Source: Octopus vulgaris
Lineage: Eukaryota
Direction of reading: 5' to 3'
DNA length: 64,000 nucleotides
Assembly: GCA_951406725.2 (NCBI GenBank)
Contig: OX597831.1
Coordinates: 1,488,001 to 1,552,000 of the forward strand
The position numbers and the translations under genes were made by a program. Below, piece by piece: positions 38,170 to 51,135 of the stretch (position 1 is its first letter; every line of letters starts with the position of its first letter). The notes under the pieces were generated by a model that saw only the letters and a list, made by a program, of their open reading frames with translations, made no database searches and had not been told where the DNA came from.

Positions 38170-38420
38170 TCTTAACATCCAAGTACCAGTCTCAAAATTC
38201 TCACTGTCCCCAATAGAACAGTTTTCTGAGCATGTTCTGCCCTTGTGTCAATTTCTCAAATCTGGTTGTTAATGCTCCCAGTGCCCCTACAACTATTGGG
38301 ATGACAGTTACTATCTTCATTTACCCACATTTGCACAATCTCCTTTTGTAGTAGTTTGTGCTTCTCAATCTTTTTCCGTTCTTTATCATCCACTCGTACA
38401 TCCCCAAATATGGCAATATC
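38170..38420 (-). mobile_element. R4/Dong-like non-LTR 3' remnant (second fragment)
   Basis: Minus-strand VTVIPIVVGALG and KTVLLGT..IL motifs. Confidence 0.65.
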
Positions 38421-38589
38421 TATGATCTTGGCTCCTTGTCTTTCCCTTCCATTTCTCTGAGGTATTTGTCTTTCATATTATTATTCAGTGGTCTTTTTTT
38501 TATCACGTGCTTTCACTGGACTACCAAACGCAGCTCTGTGTGCCTTGGGTATGGGCTGTGGGTTGCTGTGGTGCCTAGTAGTGCTATTT

Positions 38590-39160
38590 TCTGTATGTTA
38601 TATATACTTGTTAGTCCTGATGTTTTTGTTATGTATTTGTCTGAATATTTTTTTTATCATACCTAATGCACCTACTATCATAGGAATTGTTTCTGTTTTT
38701 AGACTCCACATTTGAGTTACCTCTATTTCCAGATCTTTGTATTCTGAAAGCTTCTCTGTTTCTTTTAGAGAAACATTGTCATCTGTTGGTATTGATACAT
38801 TGATTAGAATGCATTTTTTTTCTTGGTGGTCTCTAACAACTATATCTGGCCAATTGGCCTTAATTTCTTTATCTGTGTGTATTGGCATATGGTTGCTTTC
38901 TCATTTTCTGTGACCTTTTCTAGCATGTGCCTTATACCATCTTTTTTCTGTTGTTATTCCATAGTGTTGGCAGTATATATTCCAGTGTTATTCCATAGTG
39001 TTGGCAGTGTATATAGGTCCCAACTCTGTCATGTCTGTGAATATATTCCTTCTTAGCCAGGACTGAGCAGCTAGAGACAATATAATTTGTTTCTTCTCCA
39101 CCTCCACATATTCTGCAGCTACTTCTATTTCTTTTCATTACATGTTTTTGGTAATTTCTG
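38590..39160 (-). mobile_element. R4/Dong-like non-LTR remnant (CCHC + restriction-like endonuclease)
   Basis: CRICG..EET..IVSSC..LAKKEYIHRHD; ANWPDIVV.D...KCILI.VSIP.D.N...KE.EKL..YKDL; IPMIVGALG. Confidence 0.85.
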
Positions 39161-39637
39161 GTGGGAAGGCTTTGATCTTGTGCTGCAATTAAAAATCCTT
39201 AGACAACTGGCTGAAGGAGATTGGAATAGAATGCCCTATAGAGCTCCTACAGAAAGTTTGTCTCTTAGGGTCAGCAAGGATTATCAGGAGGGTTCTAAGC
39301 ATTTGAAAGACAAATTGCTTTGTCTATTTATTTTTATTATTATTATCATTATTTCATTGTCTTTGCACATCTTCTAATGCTTGAGATGTACTATGGTGTC
39401 AACTGTTCACTACTAGTGAACTAAGGTAACACCTCTTATTTTTTGAGCACCATCCAGAGTATTCACATGGTTGCAAGCAGTGCTGTTTTCTGCAAGTGCT
39501 CCACTCTTATTGCAGCCCTTATTTGTTCCATGTACTCTTACTACAGCCCCTATTTATTCCATGTACGATTATTATTATTATTATTATTATTATAATATCC
39601 ATATTGTTGATTTTTTCTTCTCTGTCTCATAAACCAG

Positions 39638-39694
39638 GATGCAATGGAATCTGCTATGGCTCACAGTAGAGAACTGAAGAAACATAATGTCCAG
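39638..39694 (+). CDS. VPS41: VPS41 exon I: DAMESAMAHSRELKKHNVQ
   Basis: aaccag acceptor, CAG|gtaact donor, 57 nt. Confidence 0.9.
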
Positions 39695-39895
39695 GTAACT
39701 TGTTAAATTTACATAATTCCATCATCATCAGCATCATCATTAGCATCATCATCATGACCACTACCTTTATTATCAGCATCCTCATGAGTGTTGGTTAGAT
39801 CTTCATAAGACTGCACCATGAAATGAAATGTGACCAAAGCATTGCAAATAGTTAAGTACGGAGTCTTGTGGTAATTTATTTTATTTTATTTTCAG

Positions 39896-40039
39896 GAACT
39901 CGGAAAGCAATACTTAGATCATCTCCTCGAGGCTGCTGAATATGAAGAAGCAGCCCAACTGTGTGTCCGAATATTGGGACGTAAGAAAGAACTTTGGGAA
40001 TCCACATTTGAAAAGTTCAATGATATTGGTCAACTTAAG
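39896..40039 (+). CDS. VPS41: VPS41 exon J: ELGKQYLDHLLEAAEYEEAAQLCVRILGRKKELWESTFEKFNDIGQLK
   Basis: tttcag acceptor, AAG|gttagt donor, 144 nt. Confidence 0.95.
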
Positions 40040-40384
40040 GTTAGTACACACACACACACACACACACGTTCACACTCACAGATGCACACATCTTTCCTTG
40101 CACTTGCAAGAGGATTTCATCTTAGAGCTATCAGTCACCAAATCAGATATTATCTTCATGTTATTTTGTTGTTTTGTTATAAAATCTCTCTCTCTCTCTC
40201 TCTCCCCCCTTTCTCTTTCTCCTTCTTGCCTCCTTTCTTTCTCTCTCCCTCCTCTCTCTCTTCCCTTTCTCTTCCTCCTCTCCTCTTTCTCTCCCTCCTG
40301 TTTTTCTCTCTCTCTCTCTCTCTGAGAAGACAGGGTTTTTCTCAGTCCTTTGCATACGTCACATTGGTGATGGTACTTACCACT

Positions 40385-40795
40385 CATCATCATCATCGTT
40401 TAGCATCCGTTTTCCATGCTGGCATGGGTTGGATGGTTTGACTGAGGTCTGGAAAACCAGCAGCTGCACCACATTCCAATCTGATCTGGCAATGTTTCTA
40501 TAACTGGATGCTCTTCCTAATACCAACCACTCCGAGAGTGTAAAGGGTGCTTTTATGTGCCACCTGCATAGGAGCAAGTCCAGTGGCACTGGCAACGACC
40601 TCGCTCGAATGTTTTTTACACATGCCACCAGCACAGGTGCTAGTAAGGTGACACCAGTAACGATCACGCTTGAATGGTGTTTTTATATGCCATCGGCACA
40701 GAGGCCAGCTTGTTGCTCTAGCAACGATCTCACTTGTATGGTACTCTTAGCACTCCACTAGCACAGATGCCAGTCATTGAATTTGATTTCGATTC
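40385..40795 (-). mobile_element. Family A retroposon with diverged 5' units
   Basis: (CAT)n tail; repeated GGTGCTTTT(T)ATGTGCCAC; ends near GATTTCGATTC, the reverse of the family 5' end. Confidence 0.8.
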
Positions 40796-40981
40796 AGATT
40801 TTACCCACAGTTATATATACACATGTATGCACAATAACAAAAATATAAATTCAGTATTTAACATGAGTATGTTACCACACATGAACTGCAACTATGCAAC
40901 TATACATTTTTTGTTTCCCAATATTACTTTTCAGATTACTAACCTCAGAGATGAAGCATCTTTTAATATTTACAGCTACAA

Positions 40982-41428
40982 AGGTGGCAAGCTGGCAGAA
41001 CCCTTAGCACACCGAGCGAAACGCTTAGTGGCATTCCATCTGTTTTTTGCATTCTTAATTCAAATTCTGCCAAGATCAACTTTGCCTTTCATCCTTTCAG
41101 GGTTGATAAAATAAGTACTAGTTGAGCACTGGGGATGATGTAATTCATTTTCATCCTCCCCCAAATCGACAGCCTTGTGTCAAAATTTGAAACCAATATA
41201 ACTCTATCTTAAAGTGGAGAGTTTGCAAAATCGTTAGCACACTGGGCAAAATGCTTAACTGCATTTTTTCGGCTTTACGTTCTGAGTTCAAATTCTGCCG
41301 AGGTCCACTTTGCCTTTCATCCTTTTGGGGTTGATGAAATAAGCACCAATTAAGCACTGAGGTTGGTGTAATTGACTAGCCCCCTTCTCACAATTGCTGG
41401 CCCTGTGCCAAAATTTAAAATCAATATT
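40982..41428 (+). mobile_element. Two head-to-tail SINE family C copies
   Basis: Direct repeat of a ~215-bp unit. Confidence 0.8.
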
Positions 41429-42652
41429 TACAGCTGAATTACATTTCGATTGGTTTGATCTATTAACAAATACAATCATCTGAGACAGAAACTATTAAAT
41501 GTTACATTGTGTTTATATATTGTGTGTGTTGAATGTATTGTTTTATGATATATTGATTTTTTTTTTTAATTGGTTTCTGTCTGGAGGAAAGTGAGTGTGC
41601 CTATAGCCATAGCATCCTTCTCAAACTGGTGAAATCAATGTTGTTAAATAGTTACAGGCTGACACCTATAGGAGGGGGATTCGTGAGATATGGCATTCTT
41701 GAAAGGAGCCATTGGGTATAGGGGTTAGTTGGGAATCTGGTGAGTGAAGAATACAATATGGATAATGGGTGGAAGAGAAATGAATGAGTTGGGAGTGCCT
41801 GAGTGGAGGTAGCACAAGAGACCTACCAGGAGTAGCGGCCACTCAAGTAGTGGTAGGAAAGGCAGAGAGGGGATACAGCATGTCTGTGGACCAGAGGTTG
41901 GAGTATGTTTGTGAGTGACTTAAAGTGTATGGAACTTGTGGAAGAGGCGGAGCCAGGAGGATAAGGGACAAGATAGTGAAGACTGATCTCAAGATGTTAA
42001 GCTTCATGGTGGAGCTAACAAAGGACTGTGATGAGTAGTGTTTTGCTGTGCTCGATGAAAGTGAAGTCCTACAAGCATACAAAATGTATGGAATGGTCAC
42101 ACTTGGACACCTTATGTCATAGGTCTGTTTGATCAAGTGTGTAGAGCAACACCGCTTTCCCAGATGTGGATGTAGCGTTCTACTGTGGTCCATACTTGAA
42201 TTTTGTGGGGTTCAGCAGTTGTCGTTGGGGACTGAAGTATTTTCTGGCTCTGCATCTACTACTGATTTCATTTCTAACTCTCTCCTAAATATGAGGAGTC
42301 GTGTAGCCCCACTTCCACCTGAACCTGCTCTGGAAGAAAGAGAAAAGCATCCAGTACACACTGTAAAGTAGTTGGCATTTGGAAGGACATGCAGCTTTAA
42401 AAACTATGTCAAAACAGATCCTGGAGTATGATGCAGTCCTTGGATCCATCGGATCCTATCAAAGTATCCAGTCCATGCCAGCATGGCACAAGAAGGTTAA
42501 ATGATATTGATAGTTGTTTTATTGTATTTTATATATTGTTGATATTTTATGTATCTTGGATATATCATCATCACCAGTTTAATATCCACTTTTTCATGCT
42601 TGCATTTGAACATGCTCTATACAACATACATATCAATATTATATGAAACAGT

Positions 42653-42872
42653 AAGGCTGTGAGCTGGCAGAATCATTACCCCACCTGGCAAAATGCTTAG
42701 CAACATTTCATCCATCTTTACGTTCTGAGTTCAAATTCCACCAAGGTCAACTTTGCCTTTGATCCTTTTGGGGTTGCTAAAATAAGTACCAGCTGAGTAC
42801 TGGGGTTGATGTAATCAACTTACCCTTTCCCCTCAACTTACTAATCTTGTACCAACACTTGAAATCAATATT
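42653..42872 (+). mobile_element. SINE family C copy
   Basis: Same head, core and tail as 10069-10280. Confidence 0.8.
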
Positions 42873-43265
42873 ATGTAAAACAATACATGTGTCAGACAGA
42901 ACTTTCTGTAGTCAGATGCCCTTCCTGTCACCAACCCTCGCCTATTTCTGACAACACACATGCAAACACACACACACACAAACACACACACATGATGGAT
43001 CTCTGTCAGTTTCCCTTTATGAAATCCTTTCTTACAGCTTAGGTTGATCCAAGGATTTAACAGAAGACACCTGCTCTAGGTGCCACATTGTGGAACAGAA
43101 CCAGAAACCATGTGGTTGAGAAGCAAGCGTCTCAACAAACAGCTGTGCTTGCACCAATTGTGCTTTATATAATATTGGCATGTATATTGTGTTTTATATA
43201 TGTATTTGGTATTATGAATTAAATGGCTTATCTAATGTCAGAATTTCTCTCATCTATTTTGTCAG

Positions 43266-43358
43266 ATTTTGGCCCCCCATCTTCCCTGTGGTGATCCTTT
43301 ACTCAGTCCACATATCTATGAAGTAGTCCTTAATGAATTCTTGAGAACAGATCATGAG
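43266..43358 (+). CDS. VPS41: VPS41 exon K: ILAPHLPCGDPLLSPHIYEVVLNEFLRTDHE
   Basis: tgtcag acceptor, GAG|gtaagg donor, 93 nt. Confidence 0.95.
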
Positions 43359-44330
43359 GTAAGGTCACAAATGGTTTCATAATGTTATTCTTGATTCAGT
43401 AAGATGTTCCAGCCATGGACAAACTGGTCTTCTGTTTTCTTTTCTTCTATTTATTTATTATTATTTTTAGTAACAAGAAGATTATTTGTCCATAAAAAAA
43501 CACTCTAAGTAAAAAACTGTCCAATTCATGCCAGAACAGAGAAGCAGATGTAAAATAATGCTAACAATGAAATCTTGTATTTGATACAATCTACGCACAG
43601 CTCATGTACTTAATATTATATATATAAACATCATGTATTTAATGATAAGCACACAATCTCAGGTGTTTAATATATGTACATAGTGTGTCTTAAATACTAT
43701 GACTAGCTGTGTTTTATAATATGCTATATACCATGGCCATATCAATAAATTGCTAGAACTATTACAAATCAATAAATTGTTAGAATTATTACAAGTTGTT
43801 GTTGTTTAGACCCAGGTCGGTCCTGATTCAGCAGACATGTCTTTTTCTTAGGTACAATACCCCGCTGGACCTCATTGTCCAGCATGTCCCTTTCTAGGAT
43901 GGGGGTAAGATTTCTGAGAGAGATTTGGCTGTGATTTCTAGCAAGTTAAACAACCACATAGAAGCTTCTTCATTGGCTTTACAAAAGACCAAGAATAAAT
44001 TTAGTTTTACAGTGTCATGACATTGCCTACAAGGTTCTACATTGTTCTACATAGATATATGTTTGTGTGTTTCTAAATTCTTCATATAAAGTATTCTCTT
44101 TATATCCCTTCACTGGATTGCCATATGCCACTAAATCTTTGGGTGGCATACAACCTAAAAAAAATGTTCAATGGTGTATTATCTAAAAACGTGGTGCTTT
44201 CTGAAAATACAGTCTTATATGATGTTGCATGTTGTTACATATCAAATTATATAATGTTCTTGTGTTTTAAATACAATTTTGCAATGGAAACATGTCTTGC
44301 TTCATGCAGTGTTCCTCTGCTTAATTTCAG

Positions 44331-44458
44331 GGTTTCCTTCATCTGATTCGGTCGTGGCCACACAACCTCTACAACATGCAAGTTATCATCAACATTCTCC
44401 TAAATGAACATGAGAAAGATAGGAACAACCTTACACTACTGGAGTGTTTAGGAGAGCT
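44331..44458 (+). CDS. VPS41: VPS41 exon L: GFLHLIRSWPHNLYNMQVIINILLNEHEKDRNNLTLLECLGE(L)
   Basis: tttcag acceptor, CT|gtaagt donor, 128 nt. Confidence 0.95.
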
Positions 44459-44492
44459 GTAAGTAGATCTTTGATATTGAGTTTTTTTTTAA

Positions 44493-45067
44493 CCCTTTAG
44501 CATTCAGATTATTCTACTGAAAGTAAAAGGGTAATGACTACTTTTGGTCATGAATGGCCATGGGATTGCACCTAGAAATTTCCCCTCCAAGGCACAAGTC
44601 CAGGCAAGGTTGTTTATGGAAGACCAGCGGTTGCCCATGCATACCAGCCTTCTCTCTCCATGCCACCGACAATATCCAAGGGAAAGCTTAGGGCTGATAC
44701 AGCTTGGTACCAGTGATGTTGCTACTCATTTCTACTGTTAACTGAACTGGAGCAGCATGATATAAAGTGTCTTGCTCAAGAACACAACACACAGCCTGGT
44801 CCAGGAATCAAATTCACTATCTCATGATTGCGAGCCTGACGCTCTAACCACTGTGCCAGGTGCCTTCACTGTTGAAAGTTGTACTTATTTATTCACATTG
44901 TTTTGAATTAATCGTGCATTATCTCATAGCTTCATGATTTTGCTGATGTGGTAGCTTATTTTTAGAATGACATTGTAGAGTAAGTGTGAGGGGTCAGTTT
45001 GAAAATAAAGCAGGTAGAATATTTTGGCTGGATATGGCTAAAATGCTAAAGTTTAAATGCTAAAGGA
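44493..45067. mobile_element. piggyBac-type MITE carrying a nested SINE
   Basis: TTAA|CCCTTTAGCATT ... AATGCTAAAGGA|TTAA. Confidence 0.82.
44525..44872 (-). mobile_element. tRNA-derived SINE nested in the MITE
   Basis: Minus strand TGGCACAGTGGTTAGAGCG (A-box-like), GTGAATTTGATTCC, TTCTTGAGCAAGACACTT; candidate TSD TGAAAGT at 44518-44524 and 44873-44879. Confidence 0.78.
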
Positions 45068-45227
45068 TTAAACCCCAATGATAGCACTCCCAGCTTGTTC
45101 TTTGTGTTAAGCATGTAATTCTTTCTTCAGTATTATGGAATAGAATAAAGCCACAACTATGAACCTAGTCACTAGATACTGTACAGTTTCAGGACTATCT
45201 TCCTGATAATATATATCAGCTCCACAC

Positions 45228-45641
45228 ATGGCCAGATTAAGACCCTTAGAAGCTCTAAGCAATTACAAGATTTTGGTACCCCCATATATATGTAATTCAA
45301 AATATAAACAATAATAAACCATAAAATGAATTTTTATTTTTCAAAATGAAACAAAATTAACAATAAGATGGAAAATAGTGTTTACTTTTGCATACTTTTA
45401 CTTTATATTTGAAAAGTTTTCTCCTACTTTTTTTAAATTGCAAAGTCTTTGATCAGCTCCTCAAAATTAATCTTGCATGAGACATCTGCTTCTATACTTA
45501 GTAAAGATAAGGCATCCTGAATTTAAAGTGATTTCTTTTGTGCCATAAACCAATTTACTGTTTCTGTTGTACCCCACCCCCTCCACTTTTTTGCTGCCCT
45601 AAGCACATGCTTTATTTAGCTTAATGGTTGATCCAGCACTG
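45228..45641 (-). mobile_element. Deleted hAT transposon with C-terminal dimerisation-domain remnant
   Basis: Minus strand DALSLLSIEADVSCKINFEELIKDFA; degenerate termini GGCCAGATTAA / TTGATCCAGCACTG. Confidence 0.7.
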
Positions 45642-46075
45642 GCTCTACAGCTTTCATAGTTGTATGTTGAAGACTCTTTTTAAACATATCTAGTGACATT
45701 TTCCATCATGCACAATATTGTTCTTCACATCATACCACCATGGTTAAGAAGTTTGCTTTGCATCCATGAGGTCTCCAATTTAAAATTGTATGTCATTTTG
45801 GACATTTGTAATTTCCTATAGCCTGGTGAAGGTAAGTGGATTGGGGGGAAGCTGTATAGAAGCACATTAGCTGGTTTGCATCTGCAATTAAAATGGTACA
45901 GCCTCATTACATTCTGTGTCACACTGAATCTGCCTGAGAATTCTGTTGAGGCTACACATAACTGTGGAATGCTCAGTTACTCACATGCTAATTCAAGGAG
46001 TAGGAAATTCAATTGGTCAAACAGCCAAATATTGTTGAAACCAGCAAAGATCCATCCACCAATTGACATGCACTA

Positions 46076-46261
46076 TCATCATCATCATCATCATCATTTA
46101 GCGTCCGTTTTCCATGCTAGCATGGGTTGGACGGTTCAACTGGGATCTGTGAAGCCATAAGGCTGCATCAGGCCCAGTCTAATCTGGCAGTGTTTCTATG
46201 GCTGGATGCCCTTCCTAACGCCAACCACTCTGCGAGTGTAGTGGGTGCTTTTTACATGCCA
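46076..46261 (-). mobile_element. Family A 3' fragment
   Basis: (CAT)n plus reverse family A 3' end. Confidence 0.85.
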
Positions 46262-46549
46262 AATGAGCTGTAGGGACACCGTATCTCGTTATGCAACCAT
46301 AATATACTACAAAATATATTAAGCATTTTTATAAGTCAATACCATGTTTTACTATGTTAGCATTGCTATCACATCATTTGTTAAGGTTATTTCAGGAGTC
46401 TTTGCTCCTTTGTCAGTACCCATCCAACCCATTAATCCTTGCTTAAACAACCACTAAATACAGCGGTGTAACGTTTTTGGATATACCCATTTTACATACT
46501 CCTGAAATGTGTTATATACGCTCATTGCCCATTTTCCATCTTCAATCTC

Positions 46550-46923
46550 AGAATCGAAATTGAACCAATCCTATGACTGGCACCCGGCAGATGCCAGGAC
46601 CCCTGGACTGGTGGTACGTAAAAAGCACTATCCGAATTGTGGCCGATGCCAGTGCCACTTCGACTAGCTTCCGTGCCGGTGGCACATAAAATGCACCAAT
46701 CCGACCGTGGCCATTGCCAGCCTCGCCTGGCACCTGTGCGAGTGGCACGTAAAAAGCACCCACTACACTCACGGAGTGGTTGGCGTTAGGAAGGGCATCC
46801 ATCTGTAGAAACATTGCCAGATAAGACTGGAGCCTGGTGCAGCCTTCTGGCTTCCCAGATCCCTGGTCGAACCGTCCAACCCATGCTAGCATGGAGAACG
46901 AACGTTAAACGATGATGATGATG
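46550..46923 (+). mobile_element. Family A long copy with three 5' units
   Basis: Candidate TSD AATCTC (46544-46549 and 46924-46929); same 5' end as the 2438 copy. Confidence 0.88.
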
Positions 46924-47466
46924 AATCTCGTTGTTGCTGTTTGCATCAGGCATCTCAGATATGAAATGTTGTAACAAAATCAGTGCTGACTATAATTTCT
47001 ATAGAAAATCTGTTGAGAAAACCGTAACAAGTTATTCTACATTAAGTTGCTGTCCTATACATAATGTGTTGGATCCTGTCACCAGCACTGCAATATGTTC
47101 AAATCTAAAACTGTTATCTTTCAAGGAGCCAGTTAACCTAATTGCAAATAACTACTTCACCAGTTGTTAATACATCTTTGATCATAGATCTGCTTTATCA
47201 AAGTGAACTTGAAATTACAATAGCACCAACAACAAATATGTCCTTCCTTTTTTAAGACAGCACAATATGGTTTGATGGAGATTTGACCTTTTTTTTTTAT
47301 TCTGGCAGGTCATGTTTTATTTGGTTTCATTTAGATGTTTTGAATATATATATTTGCTGATGTAGAACAGTGAGAATGGGCGCTCAACACCACATTGATG
47401 GATGAATTTTCTTTTTGTGGGTTTACAAGCTACCAATGGTTTCACCAGGCTATAGAAAATTACAAA

Positions 47467-47503
<37 letters not shown>

Positions 47504-48136
47504 CTATAGCCTAGCTCCTGGAATACATGAATATATGATCAGACTGCATTAGTCTGATCATACTGCTGTAATAAACTCTTGTTTGTGAATCAACAGAGTT
47601 GAAAAAAGTCTCACTAAACAACACAGGTGTACAAAGAGTTAATGTAGGGATGTGAACATTGTTCAACAATCATCCAAGTGTCAGAAAAATGTCTTCTAAG
47701 GTTTTTTATTTCAGCTCTTTATGTTCTAGATTCAAATCCTGTTGTGGTCACCTTTGCCTTTCCTCCAGCTGATAAAGTAAAGTACCAGTCAAATACTGGT
47801 GTCAATGTAATCAACTAAACCACTGCTGAAAATTGTTTGTTTTCATATCTTAACTAAATACTATTATTATTGGAAAAACAGTGGGTTGGCCAGTTTTGTA
47901 GGGCATCAGGTAAAGTACTTTATAGCATTTAGTTACGCTCATGTTCTAAGTTCAAACCTTGCTTAGGTCAACTTTGACTCTCATCTTTCTGATGATAACA
48001 TAAGTTCCAGTGAAGCATATGGATAGACTTTATTGACTGTGTCCCACCTTCCCAGTTATCTGTGGCCCTTGTGTCTGTGTTGAAAACCATGGATAATTAA
48101 ATACATAATTTTATTTTGCTTTTATTATATTTTCAG

Positions 48137-48184
48137 ATACATATTCCAGAAAAGATATGACAAAGCTTTAACTATTTACCTCCA
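48137..48184 (+). CDS. VPS41: VPS41 exon M: (L)YIFQKRYDKALTIYL(Q)
   Basis: tttcag acceptor, CA|gtaagt donor, 48 nt, phase 2/2. Confidence 0.92.
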
Positions 48185-48199
48185 GTAAGTAATACAAGT

Positions 48200-48530
48200 T
48201 TACACTTATACTTTACGCTGTTTGATTCTATGCATTCACTGCTACAACTACCTCCAGGCTCTATGCATTTACCTTTACGCTGTACACATTTACTTTCCTA
48301 CACATCACATCTCCTTACTGTACACATTCTACACACTACACCTCCAGGCTTTCTACATTTACTTTTACACTCTACACACTTATTTCTACACCCTATGCCT
48401 CCAGATTTTACACATTTACCTTTATACTGTACATATTTACTTCTTTCTAAACACCACATCTCCAGACTCTACACACTACACCTCCATGCCCTATGCTTTA
48501 CACATTTAACTATGTACTTCCATACACTAT
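48200..48530. repeat. Degenerate TACACATTTAC / ACACCTCCAG tandem region
   Basis: Direct inspection. Confidence 0.7.
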
Positions 48531-48564
48531 TTCTTTAAGTCTACACATGAAGGAACCTCTACAG

Positions 48565-48998
48565 CAGGGGTTCTCAACCATTTTTTACCTATGGACCCCT
48601 TTGATTACTATTTCATTCTGGTGGACCCCCATGGCCCTTCGATGTTTAAAAACTAGTTTTTTAGAAACTCCTTTCAAAATTCCTATTTTGTTTTTCACAC
48701 ATTAACTTGTGTAGGGTGGACTAAGTAAAATGTTAGAGAAAGAAACCTGTTTCTTGCAGTCAATACCAATACATATCAAGATTGGAGCCTGGTGCAGCCA
48801 TCTGGTTCACCAGTCCTCAGTCAAATCGTCCAACCCATGCTAGCATGGAAAACGGACGTTAAACGATGATGATGAAGACATCAAAATCAGAAAATTTTCA
48901 GGAGCCCTTAAAATGCTATTATTGATCCCCAATTTACTATTTTATTAACTGGACCCCGCTCCCCCAAATCTCATATGGATACTGGTTGAGAACCAGTG
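48565..48998. mobile_element. hAT (Charlie-like) MITE with a nested family A 3' fragment (48778-48876)
   Basis: Perfect 8-bp TSD CTCTACAG; TIRs CAGGGGTTCTCAACC / GGTTGAGAACCAGTG. Confidence 0.88.
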
Positions 48999-49926
48999 CT
49001 CTACAGAGTTACTTGACTTGTCTGAAATAGCAGCCAATTCTTTAAATCACATCCTACCAGCTTAAAATAAATTGAACATACACCAGGGAAATATGTCAGA
49101 ATATTATGAGAAGGTGACTACTTCAGTACCTTGGGCTGATCTGGGGCTAAACAAGACATAAACTGCGTCACACAACAAATTTACCTCTGCTAGTTATTGC
49201 CTTCTTTTTGTGTACTATATGTTAGCGCTCTCTCCCTCTTTCTCTCTTTCTCTGTCTCCCTCCCTCTTTTTCTCTCTCTCTCACGCAAATACTCATACAC
49301 ACACGCGTTATCTCCCTTCGAATTATTCTCTAATTGCACTACCAACTGGTTTCTAACCAACGGTTCTCTCCCTTGCAAATTGCTTCAGTTACCTATATAC
49401 ATGTGTCGTGTTCACACACACACACACACACACAAGCGCACCTCTACATCTACCCCACTACCACCGCTACATTACAGCCACAGTTGCCACAATCACTACA
49501 CCACTACAGCCATTAACATACTATTTAATACCGAAACTGCAAATACCGCTTTCAGCACACCTCACCACCTTCCACTTTGCATCTTCATAATATCCTTTCA
49601 TATAACTATTACTATCCACACACCTTAGTATCAATACACAATCTGTACCCTATACTCCATACTAACTACTCTCTGCTCTTCTGCCCCCATTCACTTTTGC
49701 TCATTTCATACCTTGGGAGTTCACACATACACTTCATCACCCCTATTTTTCTCTTCTCCAGTCCACTCCTAGTACCCCCTCCTACTTTCCCTTCTAAAAT
49801 GTGAGTAACTATGTTGCCCCTGTTCAGCAAGAAGCCTATTCTACTGTTGGCCCCTTCTTTCATGCTTTAATCTTTCATCTCCTGGCATAAAGCCATCTCT
49901 CTTTGGGTTTGTAGTCTTGCATGATG

Positions 49927-50212
49927 ATCATCATCATCATCGTTTAACGTCCGCTTTCCATGCTAGCATGGGTTGAACGATTTTGACTGAGGACTGGCGA
50001 ACCAGATGGCTGCACCAGGCTCCAATCTTGATCTGGCAGAGTTTCTACAGCTGGATGCGCTTCCTAATGCCAAGTACTCCGAGAGTGTAGTGGGTGCTTT
50101 TTACATGCCACTGGCACGGGGGCCAGTCAGGTGGTACTGGCAATGACCTTGCTCGAATCTTTTTACACATGCCACCAGCACAGGTGCCAGTAAGGCGATG
50201 TTGGTAACGATA
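49927..50212 (-). mobile_element. Family A copy, followed by an older + strand copy at ~50245-50420
   Basis: (CAT)n tail, two 5' units. Confidence 0.85.
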
Positions 50213-50491
50213 GGCAACATTGGGCCTTACTAATTCTGGTGACAAAAAAATGCACCCAGTTCACACTGTAAGATGGTTGGCATTAGGAAGGGTATCCAGC
50301 TGTAGAAACCATTCCAAAGTAGACAGTGGAGCACAATGCAGCCCTTGGACTTGTCAGATCCTATAAAATTGTCCAAACCATGCTAACAAAAAAGACATAA
50401 ATATTTGATGATGATGATGCTGGTGGTGGTGGTGGTGTGCTATAAGAATCTTTTTAGCGTATTAACCTATCTCTCTCTTTCCTTTGTACAG

Positions 50492-50630
50492 GATGAAACA
50501 CAAGGATGTTTTTAACTTGATCAACAAACACAACTTGTTTGATTCAATAACCGACCGTATTGTACAGTTGATGGAGTTTGATTCAGAGAAAGCTGTGATA
50601 CTGCTGCTTGATAACATTGAAAAGATACCG
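50492..50630 (+). CDS. VPS41: VPS41 exon N: (Q)MKHKDVFNLINKHNLFDSITDRIVQLMEFDSEKAVILLLDNIEKIP
   Basis: gtacag acceptor, CCG|gtaaac donor, 139 nt. Confidence 0.95.
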
Positions 50631-50744
50631 GTAAACCTCTTCTTGCTTGTTCTTTCACAATAAGCTACAAACTCCATGGCCTCATTTTAGACCACATCCG
50701 TTTATTTGATTCATAGATGCCTTTAGCACAGTCCACCATGTTAT

Positions 50745-51135
50745 TCTTTTACTTCTTCTAGTCATTGGACTGTGACCAAACTAGGGCACTGCTTCAAGGG
50801 TTTCTAGTCAAATGAATTGACTCCAGTACTTATTTTTTTAAAAGTCTGGTACTTATTCTATTGATTTTGTTTGCCAAACTGTTAAGTTATGGAGATATAA
50901 ACAAACCAACACTTGCTGTCAAGCAGTGGTAAATGACAAACACAGCCACAAAAACACATGCATACATACATACATACATACATACGTGTGGGGGTGTATA
51001 TATACACGCACATGTACATATGCACACACACACTACACACAATGACTTCATTCAGTTTCCATCTACCAAATCCTCTCACAAGGTTTTGATCGACCTGGGG
51101 TCATAGTAGAAGACACTTGCCCAAGGCACCATACA
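50745..51135 (-). mobile_element. SINE family B, reverse orientation
   Basis: Reverse complement of the 61874-62251 family. Confidence 0.78.

Noticed and set aside
47534-47562. 12-bp perfect hairpin (and a 10-bp one at 36663-36683)
   Set aside because: Short and isolated; cannot be distinguished from chance or a small element scar.
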